63,727 bases of DNA, filler included, from Reticulomyxa filosa (GCA_000512085.1; 17 parts of 17 records of this genome joined end to end with filler, not necessarily neighbours in it), one strand, 5' to 3'. Positions 38,200 through 51,627 are shown, counted from the first letter of the whole stretch. Numbers and translations are program-made. The notes: generated by a model from the letters alone, not told the origin.

Positions 38200-38637
38200 G
38201 AATGTCTGGAACAAATGTTACCTCCCAAACAAGAAGCAGTATTTTGTGGACAAGGTACTGTGAAGCAAGTGTTTACCGTGACATCCAAAGAGACTCAAAG
38301 TATGGTTAAAATTGCTGGCATTTTTGTCGATCGCGGCAAATTTTATGCGAATGGACACTATCGAATTAAACGACAGGGAAAAATTGTTTATGAGCAAGTA
38401 GGTGCAACTGAATTGAAGCACTTTGCCGCTCAAGTCGATCAAGTACAAGGAGGAGACGAATGTGGTGTTAAATTAGATTTCGAGGATTGGAAAGTGAATG
38501 ATATCGTTGAGTGCATGGAATTTCGACAAGAGAAGAAAAAGATTGACACTCCACAATTTGAATTGGACTCAGAGTTGCAGAGCTCGTTGCAAAGTGCAAC
38601 ACCTGAAAAACATCTTGACGCTGCATTGGGAGAGTAA
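38200..38637 (+). CDS. Translation initiation factor IF-2 (bacterial type, probably mitochondrial), last exon
   Basis: GQGTVKQVF..IAGIFVDRG..RQGKIVY..LKHF..VDQVQGGDECGVKLDFEDWKVNDIVEC is IF-2 domain IV. Preceded by an acceptor AG at 38198-38199. Confidence 0.9.
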   Translation, partial: ECLEQMLPPKQEAVFCGQGTVKQVFTVTSKETQSMVKIAGIFVDRGKFYANGHYRIKRQGKIVYEQVGATELKHFAAQVDQVQGGDECGVKLDFEDWKVNDIVECMEFRQEKKKIDTPQFELDSELQSSLQSATPEKHLDAALGE

Positions 38638-39190
38638 AAAGTTGCAATGTAAAACTTTTTTTGGAATTAAATTCCTCCAAAAAAATGAACAAGTATATTA
38701 TTTTCGTTGGTTTTTTATTGTCTTGACTTATGTCTAAAACAAATTTTCCTTTCATTCAACCGAAAACTTTGATAAAAGCTTCGATTGGTCAGAAACTCAG
38801 CATATTCTATAAAATAAGAAAATTTTAAATTAAAAAATTTTTAATATAATCAAAAAAAAAAAAATGTGATCACTTCATTATATTTTAGACAATCCAAATC
38901 TGAAATCAGAACGTTTCTATGATGAATAGATAGTTAGCATTACTTAATTTATCATGAACCTATCAAACTTCAACTTTTTCACTTGTTTTTCTTGATCGTT
39001 TCAGCTTAAAAAAAAAAAGTCAAAAAAAATTAAAATTATCCAGAACAATGCATCAATCATATAGTGCATTTCCAATGAATAGTCATCAATGGGGGCCGGA
39101 AGGTATATTAGTGTCTCTTTTGGCAACCTAAGTAATGAAGCCAAGCGAAAAGGGTTGTGTGTTATGGTGTAACAAAAAAAAAAAGTAAAC

Positions 39191-39661
39191 ATGGAGCAAC
39201 ACATGTTTGGCGAGCAATATTCGGATGAGATGTACTACAATTATTACCCGTTGGCAGCGACAAGCCCCCAAATGTCAATACCCCCTGTGCCATCCCCGCA
39301 TCAAATAGCAGCGGAATTTGGCAACTACTATACGGCATACTCACAAGAGATGTATTATCCCCACGCAGCGTTGGCATCGAATGTTTCCACAAGTATGTCA
39401 TGCAATGGACCTTACGTTGCAGACATAGCAGCCACGACAATGGCGACTGCCGTAAATGACAGCTACGACACCCTTGGCTACTCACAGCAACGACAGCAAC
39501 AACAGCAACAACAACAGCAACAACAGCAACAACAGCAACAACAACAGCAACAGCAATACCAGCAACACTCGCCATCACCAGCATCGACTCAAAGTCCAAA
39601 CGCCATGTTTTTGCCTTGTGAGCCAACTTTACAGGCCCACTGTGAAAAAAAGAACAGTTGA
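39191..39661 (+). CDS. First exon of a Tyr/Pro/poly-Q low-complexity protein
   Basis: ATG at 39191 with a CAG/CAA poly-Q tract. An intron-like T/A tract follows before the contig end. Confidence 0.55.
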   Translation: MEQHMFGEQYSDEMYYNYYPLAATSPQMSIPPVPSPHQIAAEFGNYYTAYSQEMYYPHAALASNVSTSMSCNGPYVADIAATTMATAVNDSYDTLGYSQQRQQQQQQQQQQQQQQQQQQQQQYQQHSPSPASTQSPNAMFLPCEPTLQAHCEKKNS

Positions 39662-39831
39662 ATGAAATTATGTTACTTATTTGTTTGTTTTTTTTTTTTT
39701 TTTTATAATAAAAAAAACAAACAAACAACAGNNNNNNNNNNNNNNNNNNNNNNNNNNNNNNNNNNNNNNNNNNNNTTAATTAATTAANNNNNNNNNNNNN
39801 NNNNNNNNNNNNNNNNNNNNNNNNNNNNNNN

Positions 39832-40226
39832 TCTTTATAATCACTATTATCATCTCTTCCAATAACAATTGGATGATTGTGATTGTCTGTCAAAGGAATT
39901 CATTAATTGTAATTGTTTGATTTCTTTAATTTCTTTGATATATAACTCCAAACACTTGTATATTTCATCACCAATGTATGTTTACGATGTCCACCGAAAG
40001 ATAATAAAGTGACTTGATTACTATCTTTATTGTTATTAGATACCAGTTTCACTACACAGTGTCCCCATAATTTAACATTACTTGGATACTCACAGATAAA
40101 CTTGTATTCGTTTTTGAGTGTATGATAAGAATAACAAGCTCTTTGTTGATAACTTCCACAAATGAGGAGTTCGTGTTTGTGTAGCATATGTAACTCCTTC
40201 AAAGTTTGAAAGATTTTGTTGCTCAT
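39832..40226 (-). pseudogene. Kelch-like family pseudogene
   Basis: FQTLKEL..HKHELLICG..CYSYHTLKNEYKFICEYP..GHCVVKL..LLSFGG, paralogous to 28107-29258, but missing the P.PL..TQC segment and with an in-frame stop at 39905-39903. Confidence 0.8.
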
Positions 40227-42382
40227 GTTGTTAATGTTGGAAAACTATGAAGTAGTTTAAATTTTTAAAAGGATGAAGGATATGAAAAAAGTCGTCCTTT
40301 TAAAAGTAAAACTAAAGTGTATGATATGACTAGGAAAATAAAATGATTGGTTATTTAATTCTTTATATGTTTGATTTAAATATATTTCAATTTATTAAAT
40401 ATCATGCTTTACCAGCTAATAATAAAATAGCATTTCATTACTTTGTATCAAAGTCCGAAAATGAACAAGAAACGAAAACAAATCACTCATTTTTTTCTTC
40501 TGAATTACAATAACAAAATACAAAATAGATGTGATAGTGGATAAAAGAAAAATATTGACATTTGAAGAACTTTTTTGTCAAACATACAATACGAAACTAT
40601 AAAAAATAAAATCTTTCTAAAAAATAAAATATGATTGAACAAGTACATCAAGAATATACGTATGCAACTGTAAGAAAAATATCAATTCCATTGATTAGAA
40701 TAATCTGCAAAATTTCAGTTGTTTCAACTATTGCTTTCTTTTGTGAAGAAACAAAAGGAAAGTTAAACACATTTTGAGCATCCATCAATATTTTAAAACA
40801 TACGCTCAATGTGCCTACAAAATGGATTAGGAAATTTTTAATCAAAAACTCATTCTTTTCACATTTTACACAAGAAACAAAGATAAAATATTTTAATTCA
40901 GGGGTAAGCATTGATTCTGTTTAGCTTAACAACCTTGCGTTTATATCTTGCAAAGATTATCCTTGTTGAATCAATCTTTAACAATGCTTCAAATTGACTA
41001 GGACTGTATTATTGCTTTGTTATGGCATATTAATTTGATGTTTGATACGTTTTCTAGTGCCCGCATTATAAATGGTAAAAAATTCACATTCGTTTATTGA
41101 AAATACTCCAAAAACTTATTTAAATCTACATTTAATCTGGTTAATGGATCACAACTGAAGTATCATTGATATTTGATAATGAAGTTATTTACGATACTTG
41201 TCAAAAAGTCTTGTTTCAAAATTGAGTATTGATAATTAAAAGAGATTATAGTGAAGATGGTGGAAGAAATTGTCTCAAATCTATACAATTAAAAAAGAAA
41301 AAAAATGACGACTGTTGTTGTGATATTAATCTGTTGCACGAGGAATGGTTTGTTTTATATTTGGTATTTGTTTTTATTTTGTCTTTAAAAAATTTAATCT
41401 TTTTACTGATCCAATTTGAAACTTCTGTTATTTTTTTATGTTTTCAAATAAGCAAAACATCTATTTAAATGTAAAAGAGAAGCAAGTTGGTGAAAATAAA
41501 GGAATAAACAATTTATCTAACTCATAAAAAGTTGACTAGTCGGGAGTAAAAAAGCGAGCATGAGTAAAGTTGAAGCCAAAGGCTGCAATGAAAAACATAA
41601 CTTGTTTCAATTCAACATAAGGAATAAATCAATCATTATAGTTGTTTATTGCAAACAATCCAGTCGAAATCAATTGTATTCAACATAAAGATATAAGAGA
41701 ATTGTCTAAAATAATTCCATGACAATAATTATAATATATTAAAGTAAAAACAAATACAAATAATAAACTGGATGTCATATGTCAAAGACAATTTCAAAAC
41801 AATTGGAAAAAATGAAGAAAAACGAACAAATGGCACGATGGTATAATTTTTCTTTTTGTGAATAATTTAATATTTTCATCATTTGATCATTGAACTCAAA
41901 CTATTGTTCAAAATAATGTTATTGTTATTTTACATGCCCAAGTGATGTAAAGGCATATCAAGAAGGATATATTTGCTTTACAAACAGCCACAACATAGAG
42001 AGAATTATCTTAAGATGAACTATTTCTGAGATACATTTTTGAATTACTGATCATTCATATCTTGCTTCAGGACTCTATTGTCCTTTTTACTTTATCCTAT
42101 TTTGAATGTTCGATACTATACAAAAAACAATACCAAATAGACATATTTTTAAAAGTGATTTGCAATGAAGAAAACATAGCACTTGAAATATTTTGCAATT
42201 TATTTTGATATTTCGATACGATTTTTATGTATTATGCTTTTGAATTCTTTAAAAAACGTTTTCAATTTTTTAAACAACAAAGTAAAATAAAACACAGCTT
42301 TCAATTGATCGCATTCAATCAAATCAAACAAATTTAATATAATCTTACTTTTCCCAAAAAACATTATTGGACAAAAATTAAA

Positions 42383-42569
42383 TTATCCCCAAATACGAAT
42401 ATAACCTTTGCGTGAACCATAACACAAATTCAAATTATATGTAACATTCTTTGTCTTCTCTTTCTTTTTCAATCCAATAAATTTAAGACAAATTATTCCA
42501 TTATCTTCTTTTTCATCTCATTTGATCATATACAATTCATTCTTATTTGATCGAATATCCCAAAAACGA
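42383..42569 (-). pseudogene. WD40 family pseudogene, 3' end
   Basis: RFWDIRSNKNELYMIK*DEKEDNGIICLKF..LCYGSRKGYIRIWG* with an internal TGA. Confidence 0.75.
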
Positions 42570-42669
42570 NNNNNNNNNNNNNNNNNNNNNNNNNNNNNNN
42601 NNNNNNNNNNNNNTTAATTAATTAANNNNNNNNNNNNNNNNNNNNNNNNNNNNNNNNNNNNNNNNNNNN

Positions 42670-43210
42670 TAATATTGGTGTGATTGGTGGAAATGGATAT
42701 ACAATGTGTTCTGAATCATGGGATACAATCATTCGAATATGGGATATTGAAACAACGAAACAATTCAATGTATTTAAAGAACATGAAGGCCGGATTATGA
42801 GTGTAAAATATGGATCAAATGAATTAATGAATACAATATTATCTGGATCAAATGATAAAAGTGTTCGCTTGTGGGATATTCGATCTGGTGAACAGATTCA
42901 AATGTTCAATGGACATTCAAGTGTGTAATGTTTGTCGAATATTCACCATTTGTAATAAAAAATAGTATTTGTAATTCAAATGTGATATGTTCTGGATCAA
43001 CTGATAATACAATTCGTTTTTGAGATATTCGATCAAATAAGAAAGAATTGTATTCAATCGCAGGAGGTAATGAAGAAGATAATGGAATATCAAGTCTTAA
43101 ATTTGTATCATTGAAAAACAAAGTAAATGATAATGAACAAAAATTAAAAAATGATTTTGGTGTCTATATATTATGGCTCATATGATGGTTTAATTCGTGT
43201 TTGGGGATGA
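42670..43210 (+). pseudogene. WD40 family pseudogene
   Basis: IRIWDIE..TILSGSNDKSVRLWDIRSG..FNGH, then a frameshift near 42920, TGA at the Trp of RFWDIR (43021) and a further frameshift before IRVWG*. Confidence 0.85.
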
Positions 43211-44186
43211 ATATGTGCGAATGAAATTTTGTTTTTATTTTCATTTTTGAATTTATTCAATTTATTCTTTGTATTGCTGTTTAATTTATTTTTGAATTTT
43301 TGTCATTTAAGAAAAAAAAGGTTTATATTTTTGTACGCTTTTAAGCTGAATTTTGGTACATACCTGAATATAATCGAAAATCTGTTGTTGATAGTGAAAA
43401 CAAAAATATACAAAAATGGACAATTCATATCAAAAGAAGAACTTTGTAAATAGAATGTAAAAAATTGACAAAGAAACATGCACATAAAGCGAATACGATC
43501 AATATACAATGCAAAGATAATGTAATCAAATGGTAATTTTCACTAAAAAAATTATCAGTTCTTATGCTTTTGGATTAACTTGACTTATTTGGCATTGTGC
43601 AAAAAAAACAAATGATAAATGGAGAAAAAGCAAATAGTAGCAAAAACTATCATGCCTTTATAATGCACAAACTTTAAAAATAACATTACAAAAANNNNNN
43701 NNNNNNNNNNNNNNNNNNNNNNNNNNNNNNNNNNNNNNTTAATTAATTAANNNNNNNNNNNNNNNNNNNNNNNNNNNNNNNNNNNNNNNNNNNNTTTTTT
43801 TTTTCCGCGTTAGTACCGTCAAAATTTTACTAAATTGGCAAATTCAAAAAATAAATACATGAAAACTTAAATACTTTTTGCAGATTCACATTTGGATATT
43901 CTTTTATTTCCTTTTCTATTTCTATTACAGATTCTTCCACATGTGTTTTATCAATTGAAATGATTGTTTCTTTTGTTCTTTTTATTGTTCGTTGTTTAAA
44001 TAATTGCTTTTTTCAATAATCATTTACACTTTTAATACAACACTTTATTTTTTTGTATTGTTTTAAATTGCAAAAGTAATTACATTTGTTTTTGATCTTT
44101 TAAGCAGTTTTAAGATTTGAAGTGATTTCAATATCCTTTTTGACACGAAAAAAGTTCAAAAATTTTCTGAATTTTGCGTCAAAAGC

Positions 44187-45581
44187 ATGGAAGATAAGCT
44201 CTACTTGTTGTGTCAGTTGATGACAGATTTTGCAAATATTTGCAAAACATCATCTCCACAAACGTACATAAAATTGTTCTTGGGGGTACTGGAAATTGCG
44301 GCACCTGAAAAGAAAAAGAAAGCAAATGATACATCACTTTTACGTGAAGTATTATTTAAGTACCTATATAATAATTCATTGGTAATAACTTGTTCACAAT
44401 TTATAGAGGCAATCCAATATTTGCATGAGAATGTGGCAACACTTGGAAGGGATCAATCAGGCAATGAAAGAGACAATCAGCCACTGTTTGAGAAATTGGA
44501 CTCTGACGCTTTCTCTTATTTGTTATCTTACTTGAATTGTCAAGAATTGATGTCATTGCAAACCGTGTCCATTCGCTTTTTGAAGCAGTCACGTATTTGC
44601 ATGCAAAATACGATAAAGAGGATGTCTCGTGATGGCAACCCTTTTGTCTTGTACGTTAACCGAGACAATTTGTCGAGTATTCGTTCGTACGAATTTGGAC
44701 TTTGGCCTTATTATTATTGCACTCACGTGCAACTATACGATGTGGTAATGGACGAATGTTTAATCCATTTTTGTGCTAGCTTTGAAACTTGTATTCCAAA
44801 TCTCCAATGGTTGAGTGTGGACTGTTCCCAAACGAGAACAAATGCAACATTGACTTCGATGACACTTACTTTTTTACAACAAAAATTGCAATGTCTTCGT
44901 ATCAATGGAAGCGCACAAGGCGTTGCACAGCATTTGCTGTTTCCGTCAAATAATTTCTCATGGACTTCTTTGAGATGCTTGATACTTTTTGGATCTATTA
45001 ATTTATATTTATTCCAAAGACTTCAAAAATGTACTTCTCTCACTTGTTACGAACTAAATGCTCCTTTTTACACGTACGAAACAGATTATACTGACATAGG
45101 CAGCTTTGAACATGTCAAAGATATTATTTTAAGGAGTTCGTATCTTCCGGTCACTCCGGAATTTTGCTTGCTTCATAGCCGTGTTCAAAAACTTCATTTA
45201 CTTAGCAGATATCATGTTCCGCCTGATCGGTTGCTTCTTGTAAATAAACATGTCAAATTTTTTGGTGAAATTGTGGACATAAAAATTGTCAATTGCTGGA
45301 ACCTGAAATGGGTTTTGCCATTACTTGGTTCTTCTTTTCCTCACAAAACACTGAAAAAGGCCAGCGTTACGTTTGAATCTGTCATGAACTGGGATGATTT
45401 TGATGGTGTTGCTAACGCCAAAAATTTTGTCACTTATTTCATGACAAGAATGGCACAAATTGATCGTTTAGAACTTGAATTCTTTGATGAAACTCAGTTT
45501 ATGGCTTCTCTTGTTACCAATTGGATTCGAAACAATCCAAAGAGACGGCCTAAGCTTACAATTTTGCATACAACCTGGTAA
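44187..45581 (+). CDS. F-box protein with degenerate LRR-like C-terminus, single exon, 464 aa
   Basis: FEKLDSDAFSYLLSYLNCQELMSLQTVSIRF (F-box), then PNLQWLSV, KLQCLRI, SLRCLIL, RVQKLHL repeats. Confidence 0.75.
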   Translation: MEDKLYLLCQLMTDFANICKTSSPQTYIKLFLGVLEIAAPEKKKKANDTSLLREVLFKYLYNNSLVITCSQFIEAIQYLHENVATLGRDQSGNERDNQPLFEKLDSDAFSYLLSYLNCQELMSLQTVSIRFLKQSRICMQNTIKRMSRDGNPFVLYVNRDNLSSIRSYEFGLWPYYYCTHVQLYDVVMDECLIHFCASFETCIPNLQWLSVDCSQTRTNATLTSMTLTFLQQKLQCLRINGSAQGVAQHLLFPSNNFSWTSLRCLILFGSINLYLFQRLQKCTSLTCYELNAPFYTYETDYTDIGSFEHVKDIILRSSYLPVTPEFCLLHSRVQKLHLLSRYHVPPDRLLLVNKHVKFFGEIVDIKIVNCWNLKWVLPLLGSSFPHKTLKKASVTFESVMNWDDFDGVANAKNFVTYFMTRMAQIDRLELEFFDETQFMASLVTNWIRNNPKRRPKLTILHTTW

Positions 45582-46143
45582 GCAGTATTTTATCTTATGA
45601 ATTTTTTCTATTAGTCTTTGAATACAAAAATTTATCATTAATTGCCTACTTTATTTAATGTTGACACCAAACGAGTGTTATTACAGTATTCAAAAAATTG
45701 AATTGTTTCTACCTTTTTAAAAACTATCCTTTGAGTCTGCATTTTAATGTATGTTTTTTGAAGCTTTTTTTTTTGCATTGGATAGTTGTTTATGTTGATC
45801 CTTTTTACTTTTTGGAAAAAGAGAAAAACTTTTTCTTCTTTGTAAATGGCCGTGCACTCAGTTTGAAACAATATAACAAATGGAAAACTCAATAATGACT
45901 GCATTTGGCAGTCAATCTTCTATGATTTGCTTTCCTTTTCCCCGCAAACACTCTTATTTAAAAAATTAACACGCCAAGTAACAGACAAAAAATTGCCTGG
46001 CCACCAGTGTTTACAACAAAAAAGGGGAGAAGAAAAGAATAAAGAAAAAAATAAATTGAGAAAAAAAGGAATATCGTCATAAGATGAAAAATAGAATAGA
46101 AGATTTAAAATTTAAAATGGAGAGAGGGGAAAAAAAGAAACAA

Positions 46144-49100
46144 CTAATTTCCCTCCACAGCATTTTTACCTAAGAAAAGTCGTTGAAATTTGTCTTTGAT
46201 TCTGGCAGAATTAGGTGTCGTATATCTGTCGTCCACACTAAAATCTTGCAAGTGATATTGCTGATGAGTCTTATGCTGAGGATTGTTAGAGTTATAATAA
46301 TAATTATTGGGATTGTCTTGTTCTGTTCCATCAGCTATTTTATTGCTTTGTTTCAATTGATGATATTTGGTCAGCGCAGAGGACTTTGAAGACGTGTTGC
46401 CATAGTTCTTGGTACTACTATGTGCGTGACTGTTGTTTTCGGTTCCAGTATTGACAATAGCATCATCCGCAGGCAAAGCTCGTGTGTGTTGTTGAGCGTT
46501 ATGCCTATTGGAAGTATGATTTTGGAGTTCACTATGTGTAGTAGTATGATAATTGCTCTTCTTTATCGATGATTCACTTTTGTATGCATTCATATTTCTT
46601 CCTCCTTCTTCTTCTTCTTCTTCTTCTTCTCTTAGCTCTGTCTCTTCCACACTACTAATATCGTAGTGTCGTCTTGTTTCCGCGTATTGCTTGCTGGCTT
46701 TTTTTTCTTTTTTCTTTGTTTTTTTTTATTTCCGAGTTGTTTTTAGGAAGCGATTTTACTTGGCCAAAGTCGTCATTGCCACTATCATACTCTTTGCTAG
46801 GCGTTTTTTTTGGAGTGCTTACGGGTGGATCTGCTGATTTGGTACGTGCCGATTCAACTTGTCCAACTAAATTAACATCTCGCAAATGTAATCTATCCAA
46901 CCGACGACGACCTTTTTTTTTTTTTTAATAAAAAAGGGAACAAGTATTTGATTACATATATAATCCAAAAAGGATAAAAGGTATCGGTTTATATGAAATG
47001 TTTAAAGTTGCAAATGGATTGGTTGAGGAAACAATTGTTTACGTATGTCAACACATAAAGTCGTAAAGTCGGTGTATATGTCCATCAAAACTTTTGCTCG
47101 AGCCACCAGCAAAAGCAGAGCTTCCCATTGTGGTGTCAGTGCGTATGAAAGAGGGCCGATTAATCGTATTTTTGCCTCGTTCGGGCATGTATTCGCTGAC
47201 ACTGATGTCGGTAGTAGTTCTGACGGCAGACTGCGCTGATCCCTTTGTCGATGAGTCCAAGTCGTTGGGAAAGGCAATGTTGGTGACGAGCAACGAAGCA
47301 GAAGTCGAGTCCTTTTTCTTGGAGCTAGAACGGTGTTTTATTGGTGCTTGGATAATCACATCGCGCGGAAGAGTTGGCTGAGAAGAGGTTTGCGTTAATT
47401 CGTCATTGGGAAGAGCGCTTGTTCTATGTTTGTTGCTGTTGTGATTGTAATTCGAATTGTGAGTATCATTATTGTTATTATAAGTGAAATATTTGCTATT
47501 GCTCCTATTCTTATTGGTAGCACTGTCATCATCGTCATCGTCATCATCATCATCATTGTCGGTGATATTCGTTTTCTCGTCGTCAAGATCAAGATCAACG
47601 GTAGACCGAGTGGACACCAAAGAAGAGCACAAGTCTTGATATTCTTCATATTTGCGTCGATTCCAAGCCTTTTGATCCAAGTTGTTTTGGTCATGGCGTT
47701 GCGTCAAGGCTTCATTGACACGGAACAGTCTTATGACCGAGTTCTTTGCGTGTTGCAGGTCGTTTGTCAACTCTTGGATAGTACCCAATCGATTCAACAG
47801 TTCGACTTCATAACCACTTCGGTTGATTTGTATCTGCTTTGCCAATATCTTCATTTGCTCGTCTAGTTGATTTCGAACATTTGCAAGTGTGCTTACCATT
47901 TCGTTTATTTCTTTTTGGTGCGCTTCGTCTTGGTTTTCCTGCGACCAACAAACAATTCATAAACACGTGGCTCATGACAATGATATCAAATTCATCAAAA
48001 AAAAAAAAATAAAAAAAAATTATATTACAAAAGCGAAACTTTTAATTGTAGTATTTCCTTTTCGTATGTCGTTTTCAGCTCTTGCAATTGCTTCTGATGA
48101 GCTATCGTTTGTTGAAACATTTGGTCGTTCAAGTCTTTGATATGATTATTGCTCGTGTTAATTTTATTGCTGTATTCGGCCAACACCGAATGCAACGCAT
48201 TTTGCAAGTCCGTGTTTTTTTAATTTGCTCTTCTAACATCATTGTTTGCTCACCTAACAAGTCTTGTATCTTTTGTGCCTCCTCTTCATTCTCTTTTTTT
48301 TTTTTTTTTCCCCCCCCCCCCCGAACATTCCCCCACACAGACAAACAAACAAACATGTAGATAAATTGATACATAAACATGAACATATTTTATCAGACTT
48401 GTGTGTACATCTACACAAAACTGATGTTTTTTTGCTCATCATGCGACGGAACAAAGTTTCCAATTGCTTCCAAATATTCATTATATGTGTTTACAATATC
48501 GTTGTACAACTCGAACTGTGCATCGATTTCATCTTTTGTATACGTGTTGTTTTTTTTTTTTTTTTTTGTAAATGTAATGTGTACGTATAAAATTAAATTG
48601 CATTTATTTTAAATTCCAAAGAAATAACAACACAATTGCAATACAAATATATATGTACATATACGTATATATATATGCAAACCGTCATCCTCGACATTTT
48701 CATCGTTTTCATGAGCTTTCAGATCAAACTCTCCTTGCAACGATTGGAACAATACTTCGTTTCTTTGCTCAATCGATTTCATTAATTTTCAACGTTCGCT
48801 TGCTTTGATAACGAACACAGATCTTGCGTTCTTGCTTTTTGCTTTTCGATCAATTCACTTATTATTTCGTATAATTGCACTATTTTTTGCCCGTTCTCAT
48901 CCAGGCCCTCTTCTCCTTCTTCATTCCCCATTTCTTCTGTTGCTTCTCCTTTCTCTACTTTGTTCTCATCTCCCAATTCTTCTATTGTCCCTGCTTCCAT
49001 TTCTTCTCGTCTTCTTCCTTTGGTGCCATTAGAGTGTTACACATTCAATTTGTAATCCTGGTCTTGTTGTTCCGTTTCAGAATATTCTTTTACATGTTTT

Positions 49101-49440
49101 TTTTTTAGTTTGAATATTTTTGATTGGTTGACAAAATGAACAAGAAAAATGTTTTGGTTTGTCGTTTTACACTTATCACATTTTTGGTAAGACAAGAAAA
49201 GAAAGTAATTTTCCTCTAGCACACAAACAAATTTGTTAAGAAATACATACTTGATGTTCTTGAATTTGCCATTCTTTCTTTGTCATATTCATCTTCCCTT
49301 TCTTGTTGGATCACTTCTGGAGATTCGTCTGTTTGTATATAATCGTCTACCTCTCCTTCCATTTTGTAGTCTTTCGTTTCTTGTTCATATTCGCACCACT
49401 GTCCCTTTCGAACAGGATATTCGAAGCTAGTGTAAGACAT
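46144..49440 (-). CDS. Long coiled-coil/low-complexity protein, multi-exon
   Basis: Chain of E/Q/K-rich heptad exons from ATG 49440 to TAG at 46146-46144, separated by GT-AG A/T-tract introns. Confidence 0.7.
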
Positions 49441-49584
49441 CTTCAAATACAAATATACTTTCAAATTTTTTAAAAAAAAATTCTNNNNNNNNNNNNNNNN
49501 NNNNNNNNNNNNNNNNNNNNNNNNNNNNTTAATTAATTAANNNNNNNNNNNNNNNNNNNNNNNNNNNNNNNNNNNNNNNNNNNN

Positions 49585-50879
49585 AAACCCGGTTAAACCC
49601 TTTCGGTTCCAACCGGGTTTTTAAAAACCCGGAATTCAAACCCTTTCGGTTCCAACGGAAATAGTCGATTCCTCTGAGATTTTACCGCGAGCTTATTTAA
49701 CATGAACAAACAAAAACATCTCTTTTTGGTTTGTGTGTTGATACGCACATATCAACATGCATAGTTATTACCTGCATTAATCATATCAGTGGCCTCAGGA
49801 TGTTGACCTTGTTCTGCCTTTTTATTTGCCTAAGTTTTTTGTTCAAAAGAAAGCATATGACATAAGAACGTACGTAGCATTGAAATATATTGTATGTAAT
49901 GCAAAACTTGAAGAAGTGTTTGTGACATTTCTCGAATTAATTTCTGAAATTCGGAATCGAATTGTTCCAACTTGGAGTCCATCTCCTTGTACACACGATC
50001 AACAGTGGAATGCGACACTCGCTTCCATTGATCACATTCTTGTTGCAATACTTCATAGTAGTTTTCAATCTTCAATTCCCATTGTTGCTTTTGGGTCGGC
50101 CATTCCTTTTCGTTTTCCAAATCAAACTTTTCGATTTGTTGGTCCAATTGTTTTATCACACGTTCAAGTTCTTTCACGTTGTACGCCAAGCCTTCTTCCA
50201 ATGTCGAGTTTTCTTTTGTTCCATTGTTCTTGTCTGCATTACTATTTTCTTCCTCCTCGTCATCATCCTTGTCTTTATTTTTGCGTTTTTGCGATTTTCC
50301 TTCATTTTTTTTATCGTTGGCAGCGAGACGACCCGAGTTTTGCCGTTTGTAAGATGGTCTTTTTTTAAAGGCTTTTTTCATTTGCGATTTCTTTTTCTTC
50401 ATTGTTTGCAGTTTTTTATTTCCATTTTTTGATTTTTTATTACTTTTTTTTTTTTCGATCGTTTCTCGAGTTTGTTCCCTTTTTGTTGTGATAGAGCCTC
50501 GGAATCGGATAAATCGGATATTGGAGACGTTTCGTCCGTTTGTTTTTGTTTCGCTCCTGTTCTCTCTTTGTTGTCCATATCATCATCCGCACTGTAATCC
50601 CCATTGCTACTGTCATCACTCTCTTCCGCCTCTCCATCAACTTCGTTTTCTTCCTCGTTGTCGTCATTGTCGTCGTTGTCTGCGTTGCCATCATCTTCAT
50701 CTCATCCTCGTTCTCGTTTTCATTGTCCTCATCGCGATTGTCACTGGTTGGGGAAGTCAAGGAAGTTAATTCTTTGGCCTCGCTATCGGTTTCATTTTCC
50801 GATTGCTTGACCTCATTTTCTCTTCTTCTTCTTCCTCTTCCTCCTCTTCTTCCTCTTCTTCTTCCTCCTCCTCTTCCTC
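49585..50879 (-). CDS. Acidic/basic coiled-coil protein, internal fragment
   Basis: Poly-E start, K-rich segment and heptad region YNVKELERVIKQLDQQIEKF.. at 49830-50402. Both ends truncated. Confidence 0.6.
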
Positions 50880-50979
50880 NNNNNNNNNNNNNNNNNNNNN
50901 NNNNNNNNNNNNNNNNNNNNNNNTTAATTAATTAANNNNNNNNNNNNNNNNNNNNNNNNNNNNNNNNNNNNNNNNNNNN

Positions 50980-51516
50980 GGCGAACATGTTGTCGTAGCT
51001 CTTGCCGGCGTCTTCGGCGGTGCGGTCAAACGAGTACGCGTCCTTCATGGTGAATTCGCGGCCACGCATCACGCCAAAGCGCGGGCGGCGCTCGTCGCGG
51101 AATTTGGTCTGGATCTGGTAGAAGTTTTTCGGCAGCGCGCGGTAGCTGCGCAGCTCGGCGCGGGCGATGTCGGTCACCACTTCTTCGGAAGTGGGCTGAA
51201 TCACGAAGTCGCGGTCGTGGCGGTCTTTAAAGCGCAGCAGCTCGGCGCCCATGCCGTCGAAGCGGCCGGTTTCCTGCCACAGGCCGGCCGGCTGCACCAC
51301 CGGCATCACCAGCTCGATGGCACCCGCGCGGTTCATCTCTTCGCGCACGATGTTTTCCACCTTCTTCAGGCTGCGCAGGCCCATCGGCATCCAGTTGTAC
51401 ACACCGGCGGCAACCTTGCGGATAAAGCCGGCACGCAGCATCAGCTTCTGGCTGACGATGTCCGCGTCGGCGGGGGCTTCTTTCTGGGTAGAGATGAAAA
51501 ACTGCGAGGCACGCAG
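50980..51516 (-). CDS. proS: Bacterial prolyl-tRNA synthetase, N-terminal part
   Basis: [77 protein letters not shown]-rich, no introns. Shine-Dalgarno AAGGA at 51530-51526 and candidate -10 TACAAT at 51559-51554. Confidence 0.98.
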
Positions 51517-51596
51517 TGAGCGGGTTCCTTGGAAATTCTGCGAAATGGCGTTGATTGTAGCGGGTAGCAGCGGGCGGGGGGAAGGTTGGCCGCAAC

Positions 51597-51617
51597 GGGG
51601 CGGCCGGCGACCGCCCC
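51597..51617 (-). terminator. GC hairpin, possible terminator of the upstream bacterial ORF
   Basis: GGGGCGGTC-GCC-GGCCGCCCC on the minus strand, 10 nt after the stop at 51628. No clear U-tract. Confidence 0.45.
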
Positions 51618-51627
51618 TTGGTGCAGT

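Noticed and set aside
40600-41900. Coding-like remnants, possibly a transposase or reverse transcriptase
   Set aside because: Riddled with stops, and no DDE or YxDD motif is recognisable.
43021-43023. TGA at a conserved Trp, suggesting UGA=Trp recoding
   Set aside because: The same copy has frameshifts. Intact genes use TGG for Trp and terminate at TGA (DDX11, RRP8, rhodanese-DsrE).
49585-49660. Repeated AAACCCTTTCGGTTCCAAC resembling a telomeric or terminal repeat
   Set aside because: Only two copies at a contig end with stuttered homopolymers, typical of a low-quality read end.
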